From positions 162,068,001-162,132,000 of the forward strand of contig NC_043000.1 in NCBI RefSeq assembly GCF_006345805.1: DNA of 64,000 nucleotides, written 5' to 3'. Position numbers and translations under genes: made by a program. This document shows, one piece after another, positions 1-13,670 of the stretch (positions are counted from its first letter, which is position 1; every line of letters starts with the position of its first letter). The stretch is from Octopus sinensis. Its lineage: Eukaryota. The notes under the pieces were generated by a model. It had not been told where the DNA came from, made no database searches, and saw only the letters and a list, made by a program, of their open reading frames with translations.

Positions 1-273
1 CCTCGGCGGAATTTGAACTCAAAACGTAGCGGCAGACGAAATACCTATTTCTTTACTACCCACAAGGGGCTAAACATAGAGGGGACAAACAAGGACAGAC
101 ATAGGTATTAAGTCGATTACATCGACCCCAGTGCGTAACTGGTACTTAATTTATCGACCCCGAAAGGATGAAAGGCAAAGTCGACCTCGACGGAATTTGA
201 CCTCAGAACGTAACGGCAGACGAAATATCTCTAAGCATTTCGCCCGGCGTGCTAACGTTTCTGCCAGCCCACC
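1..273 (-). mobile_element. tRNA-derived SINE family 1, multimeric copy truncated by window edge
   Basis: Same sequence as copies at 9112, 32155 and 41032 (core gcctttcatcctttcggggtcgataaattaagtaccag on minus); internal unit junction near 45. Confidence 0.88.
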
Positions 274-1455
274 TACTTTATATACTTAAACTATTTGATT
301 GATTAACTGTTGTCGACAGAGGCTACCACCATTTTCGTCGGCTTCTCTATTTGCTTTGCTTCTTTTCTGTTACGCATTCCTCACAGGTAAACATTTATGT
401 ACTGCTTCACCCTCATGCGCTGCTTTACTTTATCCCTTCCTCCACCTTCTCATCCGTCTATCACACAGATACTCAATAGTAATTTCTGCCTTGGAAAGAG
501 AAACTGTTGATCGAACTAGCTTGTACTTTAGTAACCATGGCATGAATACCATGCAAGGTGTGAGTATGTGTATGTAAAGTGATGTGGCTGTATGCTTCGT
601 TGTACAAGTGTATGACTGTGTGCATGTGGCTAGTTCATTACGTCTACGAGTAAGTGTGTGCAGGTGCGTATGTATGCTGACCTGTGTACGTGTATACATG
701 CATGCGCTTCCTTTTGTTATCTCCAGTGAATAGATAAATTAGAGCTTGTAATTGTATAAAGGTGTAGATGAAATTATTTCGGACAATACTTTTAAAGGAA
801 ATTGGATTAAAAGGCTCCTTCGAGCTTCATCCTCTCAGTTGACGCTCTCCACACAAGGTATGCAGGAGCTGGCTACTCTGCTACAAGCATTCACACTGGA
901 TATCCGTTCTGAAGATAACTCAATATCTTGATGTACCGTTTCCTATTGCAACGATCCACATATCACTATTTCTTTCTCCCTGTCACTCCAACTGTCTTGG
1001 AGACAGAGCACAAAATTCTCAGATACAGACTGTATTTCTCTGACTTAGATCCCCCCCCACTAAAAAAAACTGAATTTAATTAGATATTAAACAATGGAAT
1101 ATTATATAGTCCAAAAAGCGACTAGAGACAAGCTAGACCCCCATGACCTAAATTGTCAATATTTATTTATTTAGTTAACTATATTTTCATTGTGTAAAAT
1201 AGAGTGGCATCAATTTGTTACAGTTGTAGGAGTAAATGGTGACGTTTAATAATCGCTATAGTTGTAATAGTTACGAAGTTAAATATTTGTAGTCGACATC
1301 CTGGTATACGAATACTGAAGCTGTCACAGCCAACGACGTTGTTGAGTAATTGCTGTCGTTGATATAAGTACAGCATATGTCTCTCGCTTCCCTGGGAGTT
1401 ACGAACGCACGCCGCCTCTCCAGTGGCAATTGCGGACACACGCCGCCGCTTCAAT

Positions 1456-1606
1456 TGATTTACAGTTAAGGGTAAATGAAGTTCCGGAACTATTGCATCT
1501 CCAAAAATATCACCAAAAAATGTACTGAAAATACATTGATTACAACCGTGTTTCGAATACTTGTCTCTTATCGGTTCCTCACTAGTCTACCGCTAATAGA
1601 TGTTTC
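1456..1606 (+). repeat. ~150-bp dispersed duplicate (second copy 3504-3655)
   Basis: gatttacagttaaggg...ttgcatctccaaaaatatca...tagatgtttct in both. Confidence 0.85.
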
Positions 1607-2461
1607 TTTCATTGATCTCATAGAAAGCTCGGAATATTCGGTATGTAACTATTGTGAAAGGTTACGAATATTCAAAGTCCAAAGGAATACTGGAAAAGAA
1701 ACAAAAGAGGTCACTATTCATTCCCCCCCACTTAACAGAATCCTTATTCATCCGGTTTAAGTTCATGAAAAAAAAAACAGGATTTGCTCCAGTAAAACGA
1801 ATCCAATTCGAACACAACTTTATCGAAATACGATTTAAAATCCAGAAATTTAAATTTCCGTAAAAATGGATAATCCTTTATTTTTGAAGACTTATGAGAA
1901 GAGGATGAATTTTTTTTTTTTCCAGCTTTGATTGTCTGAGAAAAAGATCGCTTCGAATAGCTCAAGTTCCAGATCATTTTGAGAAATTTGAACCCGAGGG
2001 AGTAAAGATTATTCAAATGAAAAAACAAGAATTATTTTTCTTGGTTTTTGCAACATCGATGTTGAGGATACAAATTGATAAATTTAAAACTTTCAACTTT
2101 AAATATTTTAATTCTGTTCGTTAATGAAGGTGATTACGTAACGCTTGCTCTTTTGCCATTCACTAATTAATATTGCGCTCTGTACTCGCCTAACGCTTTA
2201 TTCTAATTTGGAATATATTAATCTATGTTGCCAGCTATTCTGTTATTCCCATCAACCAGTGAGCACAAAGAACTGCTTTCAGATGATTCCATAGAAAATC
2301 AGTTAGCTAGTTCGTAATTGTTGTAACCGTTTCACGAACCGAAATGAGAATAATGATTGTAAAATTTCAGCTGTAATTGATTATTTCGCCCTGAATTTTT
2401 TCTCGAGATAGTATTTATTAACACACACACACACACACACACACTTCAAAAAATTTTTTAA

Positions 2462-2876
2462 TTTGTTTCAGACATTTGACTGTGGCCATGTTGGAGCCCA
2501 AACTTGAGGGGTTTTAGTCGAAGAATTCGACCTCAAGACTTATTTCCTAAACCTAGTACTTATTCTATCGATCTTGTCGAACCGTTAAGTAACAGGGACG
2601 TAGACACACCAACACGACACAGCGGTTGTCAAGCGGTGATGAGTGGTGATGGTGGATGGGCAAACAGACAGAAAGGCATACACACACACACACATATATA
2701 ATATTTATATATATATATATACGACGAGCTTCTTTCAGTTTCCGCCTACCAAACCCACTCACAAGTCTTTGGTCGGACCGAGGATATGGTAGAAGACACT
2801 TGCTCGAGATGCCACACAGTGGGACTGAACCCGAAACATCTGGTTTGGAAGCACGTTTCTTACCACACAGCCACAC
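2462..2876 (-). mobile_element. SINE family 2
   Basis: Reverse complement of 9744-10172, diverged. Confidence 0.85.
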
Positions 2877-3159
2877 CTACCTACCTATATATAATATCGT
2901 TTTAACGTCCACTTTTCCATGCTTGCATGGTTCGAACGGAGATGAATGGGGCTGATTTTGTACGCCAGATGTCATTCGTATCATCAACCCTTGTCTGTTT
3001 TCGAGCAAGATGATGGTTCCATATGGTCGGATTTGTTTCCAAGGAAGGTTGAGAACGAATAACCTGACACCGCATGTGTGATGGTGCGCCCATTTACAAC
3101 TATCACGCAATGTTAAGAGAAGGAAACGCAAACACACTCGTGCACACACACAGAGATGT

Positions 3160-3196
<37 letters not shown>

Positions 3197-4420
3197 CGTG
3201 GGTGCAAACGCTTGGTTTATCTCAAATTTTGTTCAACAAACCTATTCACAAGGCTTTGGCTGGCCTGGAGCTACAATACTTTTCTAAGGTGCCTCACAGT
3301 AGGACAGAACCCAAAACCACGTAGATTGGGGGTAAATTTCCGAGTTACACCTCCAAGCCCGAGTACACACACACACACATTTTGTCAAACGGAACTCAAA
3401 ACGTATGACATTTAATGGTTTTATAGCGATATCATTTAACAGTTGTTGCAAAGATCAAGTAAGAGCTTTTAAAATAGATGCTATGAATAGTTACGAGATT
3501 ATGTGATTTACAGTTAAGGGCAAACAAAGTTCTAGAACAATTGCATCTCCAAAAATATCACAAAAAAATGTACTGAAAATACATTGATTACAACCGTGTT
3601 TCGAATACTTGTCTCTTATCGGTTCCTCACTAATCTATCGCTACTAGATGTTTCTTGCTAAAAATCCTTAAAAAGCTACTCTTAAATTAATTATAAGGTT
3701 ATAAATTTATATGTAATTGAATTACGTTATACGTTTTCTTTTAATTATATTAATTAATTAAATGAAATCAAATGGTTACAACAAGAGAACAAAACTAGGT
3801 TATGATTGTTTCATTTCGCTGAAAGTCTTTATTTCTGAATTTAACTATATTTATTTTTATGATTCAGAGACACTTGTATTTCTATGCCCGTAGATGCTAT
3901 TAATGCTGTTCTCAATGGTATTTTATTAATTGCAAGTGTTATGAAAGCGTTATAATGTGACACAAAATTTGGTCACAGAATCAAAGCATTCGGTTTAACA
4001 ATGTTCTGAAACTGATTTTGTCTTAGTTTTATGTGCACATAAACTATTGTCCAGTGTATCTTTTCCTAACTTAAAGCCGTGGTTTGTGATCTGATGAAAA
4101 GTTGGCTTCTATTTCTTGTAGTTCGTGTGACCACACAGGAACTTTTGTTCGAAACCTAGGCCAATCGATTTACACAGAAATCACTCTACTTCCCAAGACA
4201 ATGAATGACAATGGAATTCAACTTTCTCCCTCTATCTCTCTCATGCATGCGCGCTTTCTGTTTCATTCTTCAGAGAGGTAGTTGGTACGAGTTACGACTT
4301 CAGGAGAGATAAGGTCAGCCTCATCATAGTAGGAATATGGCCTTCGTCAGAAATCAAGAATCCGAAACCTGATAAGGCGGGATTAAAAAGAGAAAAAATA
4401 AAACGAATAAAGCTACTTAC

Positions 4421-4612
4421 TTTCACAGGCAGCTGATAAATTTAAAAACATGAAGGTCGGATTTGAAGTAAGTATTTTTAACGAGCTCAAAATGGCCTTC
4501 CAACCCATCTTCAAATTTGGAGAATCAGTGGAAGCATTGTTTGGTGACCATTCTTCGTTGTTCTTCTGATGATAAACCTCAGCTTCCCGTTCTGTCCGAT
4601 ATTTAGTAGCAC
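4421..4612 (-). CDS. SLCO4A1-like: SLCO/OATP exon (intracellular loop and start of TM7)
   Basis: ctcttcAG|GT GCT...TGT GAA A|GTaagt; GATKYRTERE...KAILSSLKILTSNPTFMFLNLSAACE resembles the OATP LLxNPTF motif; 192 nt, phase 1 to 1. Downstream exons presumably lie left of the window. Confidence 0.9.
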
Positions 4613-4872
4613 CTGAAGAGAGAAAACGGTAATTTTTGTAAGAACTATCGGCAACGTATTGACACTTGGACAAAGATGATGCATAAGAATGTTCAATTGT
4701 TTGCTTGTGTGAGTATACGAGTGTGTACTTAGGTGTATACAGAGATGAACATTCATTAATAAACTGAAAATTGTAGACGTATTTTGGGGTGTACATACCC
4801 CTTCATGTGCATCTGTGCGTGACGCGTGTGTGAGTGGTCATGGAGAAGGTGCGAGTGCACTCGGTCCCAAAT

Positions 4873-5180
4873 GTGTTTGTTTGTTCCTTCTCGAGCCATG
4901 CCTGGCTCATAAGGGCCGGTTTCCCGGTTTCCTAGGCGTATAGGATCCCTCACCTGGACGGGACGCCGGTCCGTCGCTGGTGAGCTGCAATATGCAGGAG
5001 GAAAGAGTGAGAGAAAGTTGTGGCGAAAGAGTCAGAAGTTCGCCATTACCTTCTGCCAGAGCCACGTGGAACTTAGGTGTTTTGCTCATAAACACACACA
5101 CACATCACCCAGTCTGAGATTCGAACCCACGATCTCTCGACCGCAAGTCCGCTGCTCTAACCACTAGGCCATGTGCCTCT
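4873..5180 (-). mobile_element. tRNA-derived SINE family 3
   Basis: Minus strand begins gaggcacaTGGCCTAGTGGttagagcagcggacttgcggtcgagagatcgtgGGTTCGAATCtcagac (clear A and B boxes), then non-tRNA body and (aaca)n tail. Confidence 0.8.
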
Positions 5181-5459
5181 ACTCCCAAATGTGTGTGAAA
5201 GTGTGTGTTTGGGAACGTGTATTTGAAGCCATAAGTGTTCCCTTCTCCATGCCACTAATGTTGTCTGAAGAAAAGCCAAATGCAAATATACCTTGGCAGC
5301 AGCGGTGTTGAAGACGAAGTCAGAAACAGAAGAACTGGAACAAACATCACAAGGCATTCTGTCCAATGCTATTGGAATTCTACCAATCCATTGCCGTGGA
5401 CTGGTGTACAACGTGTGTGTGTGTGTGTGTGTGTGTGCATGCGCGCTTTGTTATATGCT

Positions 5460-5630
5460 ATAAAGGTGGTAACAGAACCGTTAGCATACCGGAAAAAATG
5501 CTTCGCGGCATTTCTTTCGGCTATAGTTCTGATTTCAAATTCCGCTGGGATCGATTTTGCCTTCCATCTTTTCGGGATCGATAAAAGAAGTACCAGTTAA
5601 GCACTAGGTCGATGTAATTGAGTATCCCCA
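5460..5630 (+). mobile_element. Old SINE family 1 copy
   Basis: Degenerate head and core gccttccatcttttcgggatcgataaaagaagtaccag. Confidence 0.65.
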
Positions 5631-6231
5631 CCACACACACGTACAAAACATTTTCAGGCTTTTTGCCTTATAGCAGAAAGGTGAGTACAACAGATTTTAT
5701 ATGTATTGTCTGAACGTTTGCCATAGGAAGCTTTTTCAAAGTAAGTTCATTTACTGGGCGAAAAATAATAATAAAGTTGTAAAACAACAGATTTATCCCC
5801 GCCACAATCTCCAGCCTTCGATAAAATGGAACAACCCAAACTATATATATAAACAGAACTGCTGCAAAAACCAAAGCACTTCCGCTCTGACGACGATCGG
5901 TATTATCAGAAACAACGAAACTCACACAAAACTGATTTGTATTTTAAACGTTGTATTTTGCATGTATATCCAAATATATTACATTATTGTGGTTGTGCAT
6001 TAAGCACAAGAGACGTTATTGTCAAAGTAAGCGCTATATCGAAAGATGCTGAGAAATAATTACACACACACATACTGGTAAGAAACGCAATTAAATGAAA
6101 CAAAATGCTCAAAATTCTTAGAGTGGAATAATATATTTGTTAAATAGAGAATGTGTAAGAGGCAGCTGGAATTCGAGTAGTGACTCACGGATAGTTTGCA
6201 ATAGATAATTATAATACAAAACACATTAAAA

Positions 6232-6455
6232 CAGAAACAGACCCTATAGGGTTCAAGAAGTCTTTGGACAGATTCCTTCAAGAAATCCCGGATAAACCCT
6301 CTACACCCGGATATGTCTCTGTAAACAATAACTCTCTACTTCAGTGGGCCATAGTGCCGAAATTCTGACTTGAAAGACTTCACCAGGTGGTGCTAATTAA
6401 GTTAGACATGGCATGGGCCAATAATGGCCGAAACCTATCAAAGTATCAAAGTATA
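6232..6455 (+). mobile_element. CR1-like LINE 3' end
   Basis: TDPIGFKKSLDRFLQEIPDKP...NNSLLQW, then stem-loop ggcc..ggcc and tandem tail tatcaaagtatcaaagtat. Confidence 0.68.
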
Positions 6456-7132
6456 ATAAAATAAAACGTGTCATTCATTTTTTAATGGAATCAATTTATT
6501 ACTGGTATTTAATTCTTATGAATCACAGACATGCAGATGAAAAGCAAACAGCGATTAAGTGCCTGTATCATTTATACTTTTAAGGATGTAAATATTAACA
6601 ATACGTTTAGTCTGATATTGTACTGTGAGTTCTCCTTTACATTAGAAGTCGGTATCGGTACTGGGATGTGAGTTAGGCTATGTTGGTTGTGGGGTGGGGA
6701 CGAGTTGGTTGGTTGGTCAGTCACTTCTGACTAGAACAATGCATCACATTTTTGGAAAGAGTAAAACGGACAGTTTTATGAGGTTCATATTTATCTCAAG
6801 GGTGTTGATAGCAAAATGGAGTGAAATAGCTTTAAACGAAATTCCATTAAGAGCTTAGCTCACAGAATGATTACCTGGTTATCAGACACTCAACAAATAT
6901 ATGGGGTTATGCTAACGCACATACACATGTATAAATGTATTTATTAGTTTAACTATTCTTTTATTCTTTAACTTCTTTCAGTCGTTTGACTGCGGCCATG
7001 CTGGAGCACCACCTTCAGTCGAACAAATCGACCCCAGGACTTATTCTCTGTGTGTGTGCACTACTCTTCGTTGCTATGTTCGTGAACAGGTTCAAAACAA
7101 AGACTATGGCAAGTTGTCTGCACAAGTCTCAG

Positions 7133-7182
<50 letters not shown>

Positions 7183-7830
7183 GCTTAGTCATGTTTTGTC
7201 TTGAGACAGCATTCACCCGGGTTTGGTTGAGCTGGCTTCATTCATCCTCAATGCTGCATCTCTTACAAATGCCGACCAGGCCTGGCGATCTGAGGCTAAC
7301 GACCGCGTGATCTCCAACCACTCCTTATTCCAGCGGCGAATGCTGTAGATATGGGGGCCTAGGTTGGGTTCTAGATCAGCCTTGACTGTCATCAGCCTGG
7401 TTTTTCGTTGTCCACCACATCGCTTTCACCAAACCTGAAGGGGGGCTGGGGCAATTGCTTCGTAGATGATTTCTCTTGGTTGACGACGGAGGGGCATGAC
7501 CCAGTCAACGCAGACATCTCGTTAGGATGACTTGTCGGAGGGAGGAGATTTTGCACTGGTGTCGCATCGAATTGTTTGAGACAAAGTGTCGGACACGAAG
7601 GACATGTATGTACATGAACAGATGTACACACACATGCGCACTATTAACCCGCCATAAGCATACACACAGGCCAATATGTCATACATCGATCCTGCCTCCC
7701 AATTCCATTAAACACACATGTGATGCTCCTACCCTATTATGTTGCAACGTGCTCGTGTATATTCCTAAATTCCGGCATGTACGTAGTAAACCATCGATGG
7801 TTCATGTAGATGTTGTATCACATCTGTCCA

Positions 7831-8156
7831 TCTCTCTATATATATAAACGGCAGTCTGTGTGTCTGTCAGGTTGTACCCTCACCCTGACCACGGCTTTCA
7901 GCCGACTCTGATGAAACTTGACACACACATAGCCCAATGTCATAATTCAAAACTAACGCAGTGAAAATTTTGAAAAGTTCCCCCAGTTCTGAAATAATTG
8001 ATAAATAGTCTGTTTGATAGTTATTTGGGCGTGAAGAGAAGACATTGCAACCTATACATGCGCCTTCGTTCCCTAGAGGGAAAGGACTAGATTGGGATTA
8101 GTCGTTGCCTACGAGGGGCTCTTACATACCCGGGCAACGCCGGGCTATGCTGCTAG
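7831..8156 (+). mobile_element. Non-autonomous Helitron
   Basis: 5' TC after A, 3' hairpin cccgggcaacgccggg then CTAG before T; no TSD. Confidence 0.8.
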
Positions 8157-9111
8157 TTACTTAATAAACGAGAAGAATTAGAGATATTTTGCTCAAGCGT
8201 CGTATGTGGGAATGTAGCTTCCACGTGTTCTCATCAACACCGCCAGAGCAACAAGCGATGTCTTTATATATATATTCCCCAGTAAGGAAAAGACCCGTAA
8301 TTTAACAATCTTTGTCGCTTTCGACGCGAGAAAACTAGAGGAATGAAAATACCTTAGAAAACAGGAAAGGGTGAAGCCTATAGCAGCATGGAAAAACAAA
8401 AAAATGACGATATATCTATGACTGAGATGACAACAAGGAATCATCATCTTCATATTCGATATATACTTTCTTTTTCTACCATCTTTCCTCCGTCGCTCGG
8501 TTTAATACCACCACCTGGTCCTTGGCAATATGGACCAAGTTTCCGGTTTGCGGACAACTTCTTCCTTCTTACCAACAATTACAGAGGCCCAGGAATAATG
8601 AAGGGTTATAGGTGCGGGTGCTGGTTTTTCTTCTCTGATGTAACAAGAGTAAAAAAAAGAAACAAAAAAAAAACGCTGTTTTTCTCTCTCCCCCCGCCAC
8701 CCATCTCTTTCTTAAGTAGTAGATACGTATTCGTATGTATTCGTTCAATTCCCAAATTAAGTAATTAAGGACTTTTTTGTTTGTTTGTTACAGAAATCTT
8801 TTGAAAATTTAATGAATGGATGAAAGAGTGGTAGGTAAGAGTATTCACCAAATAAATTGGCTGCAGTAAAGCTGGAAAAAGACCAGATTCGTAGGCATTT
8901 GGGTTGGCGCAGTGCGTCGTTCACTTTTCTGAGAACCTGTTTGCATTCGCAATATTCAAATTAGCAAGACGCCGTACTAACGAGATGGGGTGGGGAGGAG
9001 TATGTGATTTCTCGATATGTAAAAGATAATAGCCAACTCTCTCTCAGACCAGGCATGACCAGCTTTAAGAATGAAAGGACATTAATGTTGTACTGGGTAT
9101 ATATATTATCT

Positions 9112-9342
9112 GTTTCTTTATTACCCACAAGGGGCTAAACATAGAGGGGACAAACAAGGACAGACAAACGGATTAAGTCGATTACATCGACCCCAGTGCG
9201 TAACTGGTAATTAATTTATCGACCCCGAAAGAATGAAAGGCAAAGTCGACCTCGGCGGAATTTGAACTCAGAACGTAACGACAGACGAAATACAGTTACG
9301 CATTTCGCCCGGCGTGCTAACGGTTCTGCCAGTTCGCCGCCT
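9112..9342 (-). mobile_element. SINE family 1, full-length monomer with 24-bp TSD
   Basis: Flanked by ttgtactgggtatatatattatct at 9088-9111 and 9343-9366; pol III-like head ggcggcgaactggcagaa...gagttcaaattcc. Confidence 0.92.
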
Positions 9343-9743
9343 TTGTACTGGGTATATATATTATCTCGGGAAAATGGAGGTCAAATGAACAGATCTAAAC
9401 GATCGGAAATACTATTTTTTTTCCCTTCATCGGTGGTTATAATGTTGATCATGATGATTATAGTGGTGATAGAAATGATGGTTGTGAAGATGACGGCAGC
9501 GGTGATGAAAGTGGTAGTAATGTTTATAATGATAGAGATGCTGATTAAAATGGCAGTTAGATTATAGGGTTCTTCTAAGATCGGCAGAGGTATTGTTTAT
9601 GCTACTCCTGCTGCTGGTATATTCTAAACAGGCTGGTTCTTGTTTTAAAATATTAAGACAAACAGTTCAGTTAAACGTTAGGTGGTGTTGCCAGTGGAGT
9701 CAGCAATACAATATAACAATTGTTAATGGTTTTGCAGCAAACA

Positions 9744-10172
9744 GCGCAGGAGTGACTGTGTGGTAAGTAGCTTGCTTACCAACCACATGGTTCCGGGTTC
9801 AGTCCCACTGCGTGGCATCTTGGGCAAGTGTCTCCTACTATAGCCTCGGGTCGACCAAAGCCTTGTGAGTGCATTTGGTAGACGGAAACTGTAAGAAGCC
9901 CGTCGTATATATGTATATATATATATATATATATAAATATGTATATATATGTATGTGTGCGTGTGTTTGCGTGTTTGTCCCCACCCCCAACATCGCTTGA
10001 CAACCGATGTTGGTGTGTTTACGTCCCCGTAACTTAGCGGTTCGGCAAAAAGAACCCGATAGAATATATGCTATTCTTACAAAGAATAAGTCCTGGGGTC
10101 GATTTGCTCGACTAAAGGCGGTGCTCCAGCATGGCCGCAGTCAAATGACTGAAGCAAATAAAAGAGTAAAAG
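9744..10172 (+). mobile_element. tRNA-derived SINE family 2 (CORE-like), full length
   Basis: Head gcgcaggagtgactgtgtggtaag...ggttcagtccc, CORE-like gtggcatcttgggcaagtgtc, internal (TA/TG)n, tail aaaagagtaaaag; TSD agcaaaca at 9736-9743 and 10173-10180. Confidence 0.9.
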
Positions 10173-10472
10173 AGCAAACACCAACAAGGTCATCATCAAA
10201 CTATTTCTTCTCCCAATACTATTCTCAGCCATTCTATTCTATGGCCACCACCTATGATCTAACGAGCGAGACTATGCGATTGTGTGACTTGTTAGATAGA
10301 AACAGCAGCAAATTCCCTCAGCTAATTACCTATCGTGTTAAAAACAAAATGAAAAGACACTTTAATTAATGTAAGTCATAGAAATACTGTCTGGTAATGA
10401 CGAAATGGTCACGGCTGGAACCTCCTGTGTTATAACCGCCATCGCTTAAGTTTGTCTACGACTTATTGAGTA

Positions 10473-10870
10473 CTAGCAGTATCGCCCGGCGTTGCTCGGA
10501 TTTGTTTCGACCCTTTAGAATTGGAATTTTTGAAAAGTAAAAATTTTGCATTATGTAGCTTGTTATTCTCTTTAAGTGAACATTTTCCTGGTTGAAATAC
10601 ACCGAAAAATGGCGACACAGCAGTCAAAAAATCGTTAAAAAAATAGGAATTTTCATTGAAAAAAAGTACCTTTTTGATGTAAATAATTTTTAGTCTTAAC
10701 ATGGTCTGATTTGAATTTTTAGTCTTAACATGGTCCTTCTATGGAAGGAAGAGCAAGCCTTCTTCTATCATAATCTCAATTTTGGTCAACTTGCGCCGCA
10801 GGGTCTCGGTGGAGATAGAGTTAGTTGAAGGTTACCAAAGCTGCCACACACAGACTTATGTAGAGAGAGA
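10473..10870 (-). mobile_element. Non-autonomous Helitron
   Basis: Minus strand tctctctctacataag...ccgagcaacgccgggcgatactgCTAG-t; same 3' hairpin as 7831-8156. Confidence 0.8.
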
Positions 10871-11155
10871 TTTATGTGATTGTGTAAAGTGCAAGAAATA
10901 GCAGCAGCAAGCTTCCTCAGACCATATCGTATTTGAAAAAGAAATGGAAAGATGCCTTGAATAATGTAGTCCAACAGATACAGTCGACTAACGACAAGAT
11001 GATCATGACTGGAGCGCCTTTGATCACTGGTCTGCTTGAACAATCAATAATGACCAAGAGCTAAATAACAACGACATAACATTAAATCACGCTACTACCT
11101 TCTTCTACTACTACTTCTACTAATACTACTACCATCACCACCACCACCGCCACTG

Positions 11156-11519
11156 TATTTCTTTACTGCTCACAAGGGGTTACGCACAGAGGGGACAAAC
11201 AAGGACAGACAAACGGATTAAGTCGATTACATCGACCCCAGTGCGTAACTTAATTTATTGACCCCGAAAGGATGAAAGGCAAAGTCGACCTCGGCGGAAT
11301 TTGAACTCAGAACGTAGCGGCAGACGAAATACCTATTTCTTTACTACCCACAAGGGGCTAAACACAGAGAGGACAAAGGACAGACAAACGGATTAAGTCG
11401 ATTATATCGACCCCAGTGTGTAACTGGTACTTATTTAATCGACCCCGAAAGGATGAAAGGCAAAGTCGACCTCGGCGGAATTTCGCCCGGCGTGCTAACG
11501 GTTCTGCCAGTTCGCCGCC
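11156..11519 (-). mobile_element. SINE family 1 dimer with internal deletion in head
   Basis: Two body units joined at gacgaaatacctatttc; head joined directly at ggaatttcgcccggcg. Confidence 0.85.
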
Positions 11520-11863
11520 GCCACCACCACCACTACTTCAACCACCACCACCACCACCACCACCACCACACAATAACTATAAATATTTATCAAAATACCA
11601 CGAGCGCATCTGCAACCCACATCACCATTGCAAGTATTTGTAGCTTCATAAACATTGCCTTTAAAAAAAAATTATCTCCATTGTCGTTTTAACCAACACC
11701 ATTATAACTATCAACAGCATCTACACCACCACCACCACCACTATTACGGCAACAACTAACAATGTCACAATAACAACAACAATACCAGCAATGGCGGCAG
11801 CGCGAATACATTTAATACACACTGCTACGACTTCTGATAAGAGACTTGGAATTTAAACATCGC

Positions 11864-11895
<32 letters not shown>

Positions 11896-11954
11896 CGCAA
11901 ACCTTCAACCCAGCACCACCACGCGACAGTATGGGGCAGGTGAGGGGAAGACAA

Positions 11955-12362
11955 CCCTTAATGGAACATACTGATCTATTAAACAATACTGGCCTGGGTG
12001 GGGGCTGGCTGGTGGGGGCAGGCTGGTGGTGATAGTTAATGGGACATACTGACCTATTAAGCAATACTGGTCTGGGCGGAGGGTGGTGGTGATGGCGATG
12101 ATGATGATGATGATGATAGTGGTGATGATGCTGTTAGGGGGCGATGAGGATGATGGTGGTGGTGGTACTGGGGAAGCTTAATGGGACATACTGACCTATT
12201 AAAAATACTTGTCTCATGCTGATGGTGTTGATAGTGGTAATGATGATGATGATGATGATGATGATAGTGAAGATGCTGGGGATAATGGTGAGATGGTGGC
12301 GGTGGCGGTGGTGATGTTTGTGGTGTCACTTAAAATGGAACATATTTGACCTATTAAACAAA
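11955..12362. repeat. Composite minisatellite: ~36-bp unit x4 spaced by (GGT/GAT)n
   Basis: ttaatgg(a/g)acatactgacctattaa at about 11957, 12036, 12178 and 12330. Confidence 0.8.
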
Positions 12363-12650
12363 ACCAAGTCAACAAGGAGGCCTCCACGTGGTCGCTAGAC
12401 CTGAGCAACCAATCTCCCTCAAATCATATTCCTTATCTTTAAAAAAAAAAGAAAGAAAGAGACATTAAATAAAGTAGTCCAATTTACTCAAGAAAAAAAA
12501 AAAGACAGGATGGACACGGCTGGAATGTCTGTGATAAGGTGAGTTTGATCAGAATTAACCCAGAGCTAATGAACCAGAAAATGCCTGAAAACATATAAGC
12601 CACTCTCTCTCTACGCTTCTCATTCTACGTACAACTGTACCATAACTATA

Positions 12651-12686
<36 letters not shown>

Positions 12687-13670
12687 TAGCTGATGTGTAA
12701 CACATATTTCTCCTCTCTCTCTCTCTCTCCCTCTGCCATTCGTGCACACATAGATAAACGCATTCATGAGAGTAAATGGAGCTGCATCCATGGATAATAA
12801 TCCTACCTATTTTAGGAGCAAGCCTATTTTCCCAGCTGTACCCGTGGTAGGATTTCATCACAATAGTGCATTTAACCCAGCAGAAAACTCATGAAGCCTC
12901 AAATGGGTGCTTACGCTTTTTGGTGGTTCTTGTTTAGTGTTAATGAGACAACGAAAGGAGGACACTTGCGCGTGCGTCATTGTTTATATAAGAGTGTGTG
13001 TGGTAGCATTAACTTAATACGGAGATTCAGAAGAACAATCAAACAAGAAAGGACTCGATATACTTGACTGTAGAGTGAATATTAAAATTAAGGAGTCCAT
13101 TGAGTGTATAAAACGTTTGGTTACATCATACTCTGGTCAGTGAGGCCCTACATGCAGCAGCAATCTTTAGTACAATCGTCAGCACGCACACACACACACA
13201 CACGTGTATACACACACTGTAATTCTTTAATCAGTTGCAGGCCGCAAAACTCAGGTGGAATGTAATGTAGTGTAGTGATGTTTAAGCTTTCCCAATTAAC
13301 AGTGTGAAAACAGTGACAGTAATTAACAGCCACGGAGCTGCCCTTTTAATAGCCAAACACATTTATTTAGAAAAAAAAAACCCATCTCTGTCAGCCTCTG
13401 TAAAAAGAGTGAAAAAGAAATCATCAGACCCGCTAAAGACACTAGGACCACAGACATGTACCTAACAAGGTGGTCACGTTACCAAGTACGCTATTCTCTC
13501 TTTTTAAGCTAAATTTAAGATTTTTACTCAGTTCAGGTTTGCGACGAATTTTATCTATATAAGTATGAAAACATAGATTAAAACTTAATGCTTTGTTTTT
13601 TAATAAAATATAAATTAATATTTAAATTTCATATTTGAATTTTAAATTTGAACCAAAATATCTTCCGTAC

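Noticed and set aside
5105-5180. Possible tRNA gene on minus strand
   Set aside because: A and B boxes are present but there is no proper acceptor stem and it continues into a repeat body; it is a SINE head.
7905-7925. ctgatgaaac hammerhead-like string
   Set aside because: No stem II between CTGATGA and GAAA; it is a Helitron internal motif.
11955-12362. CRISPR-like repeat/spacer pattern
   Set aside because: Eukaryotic intron, low-complexity spacers of unequal length, degenerate repeats, no cas genes.
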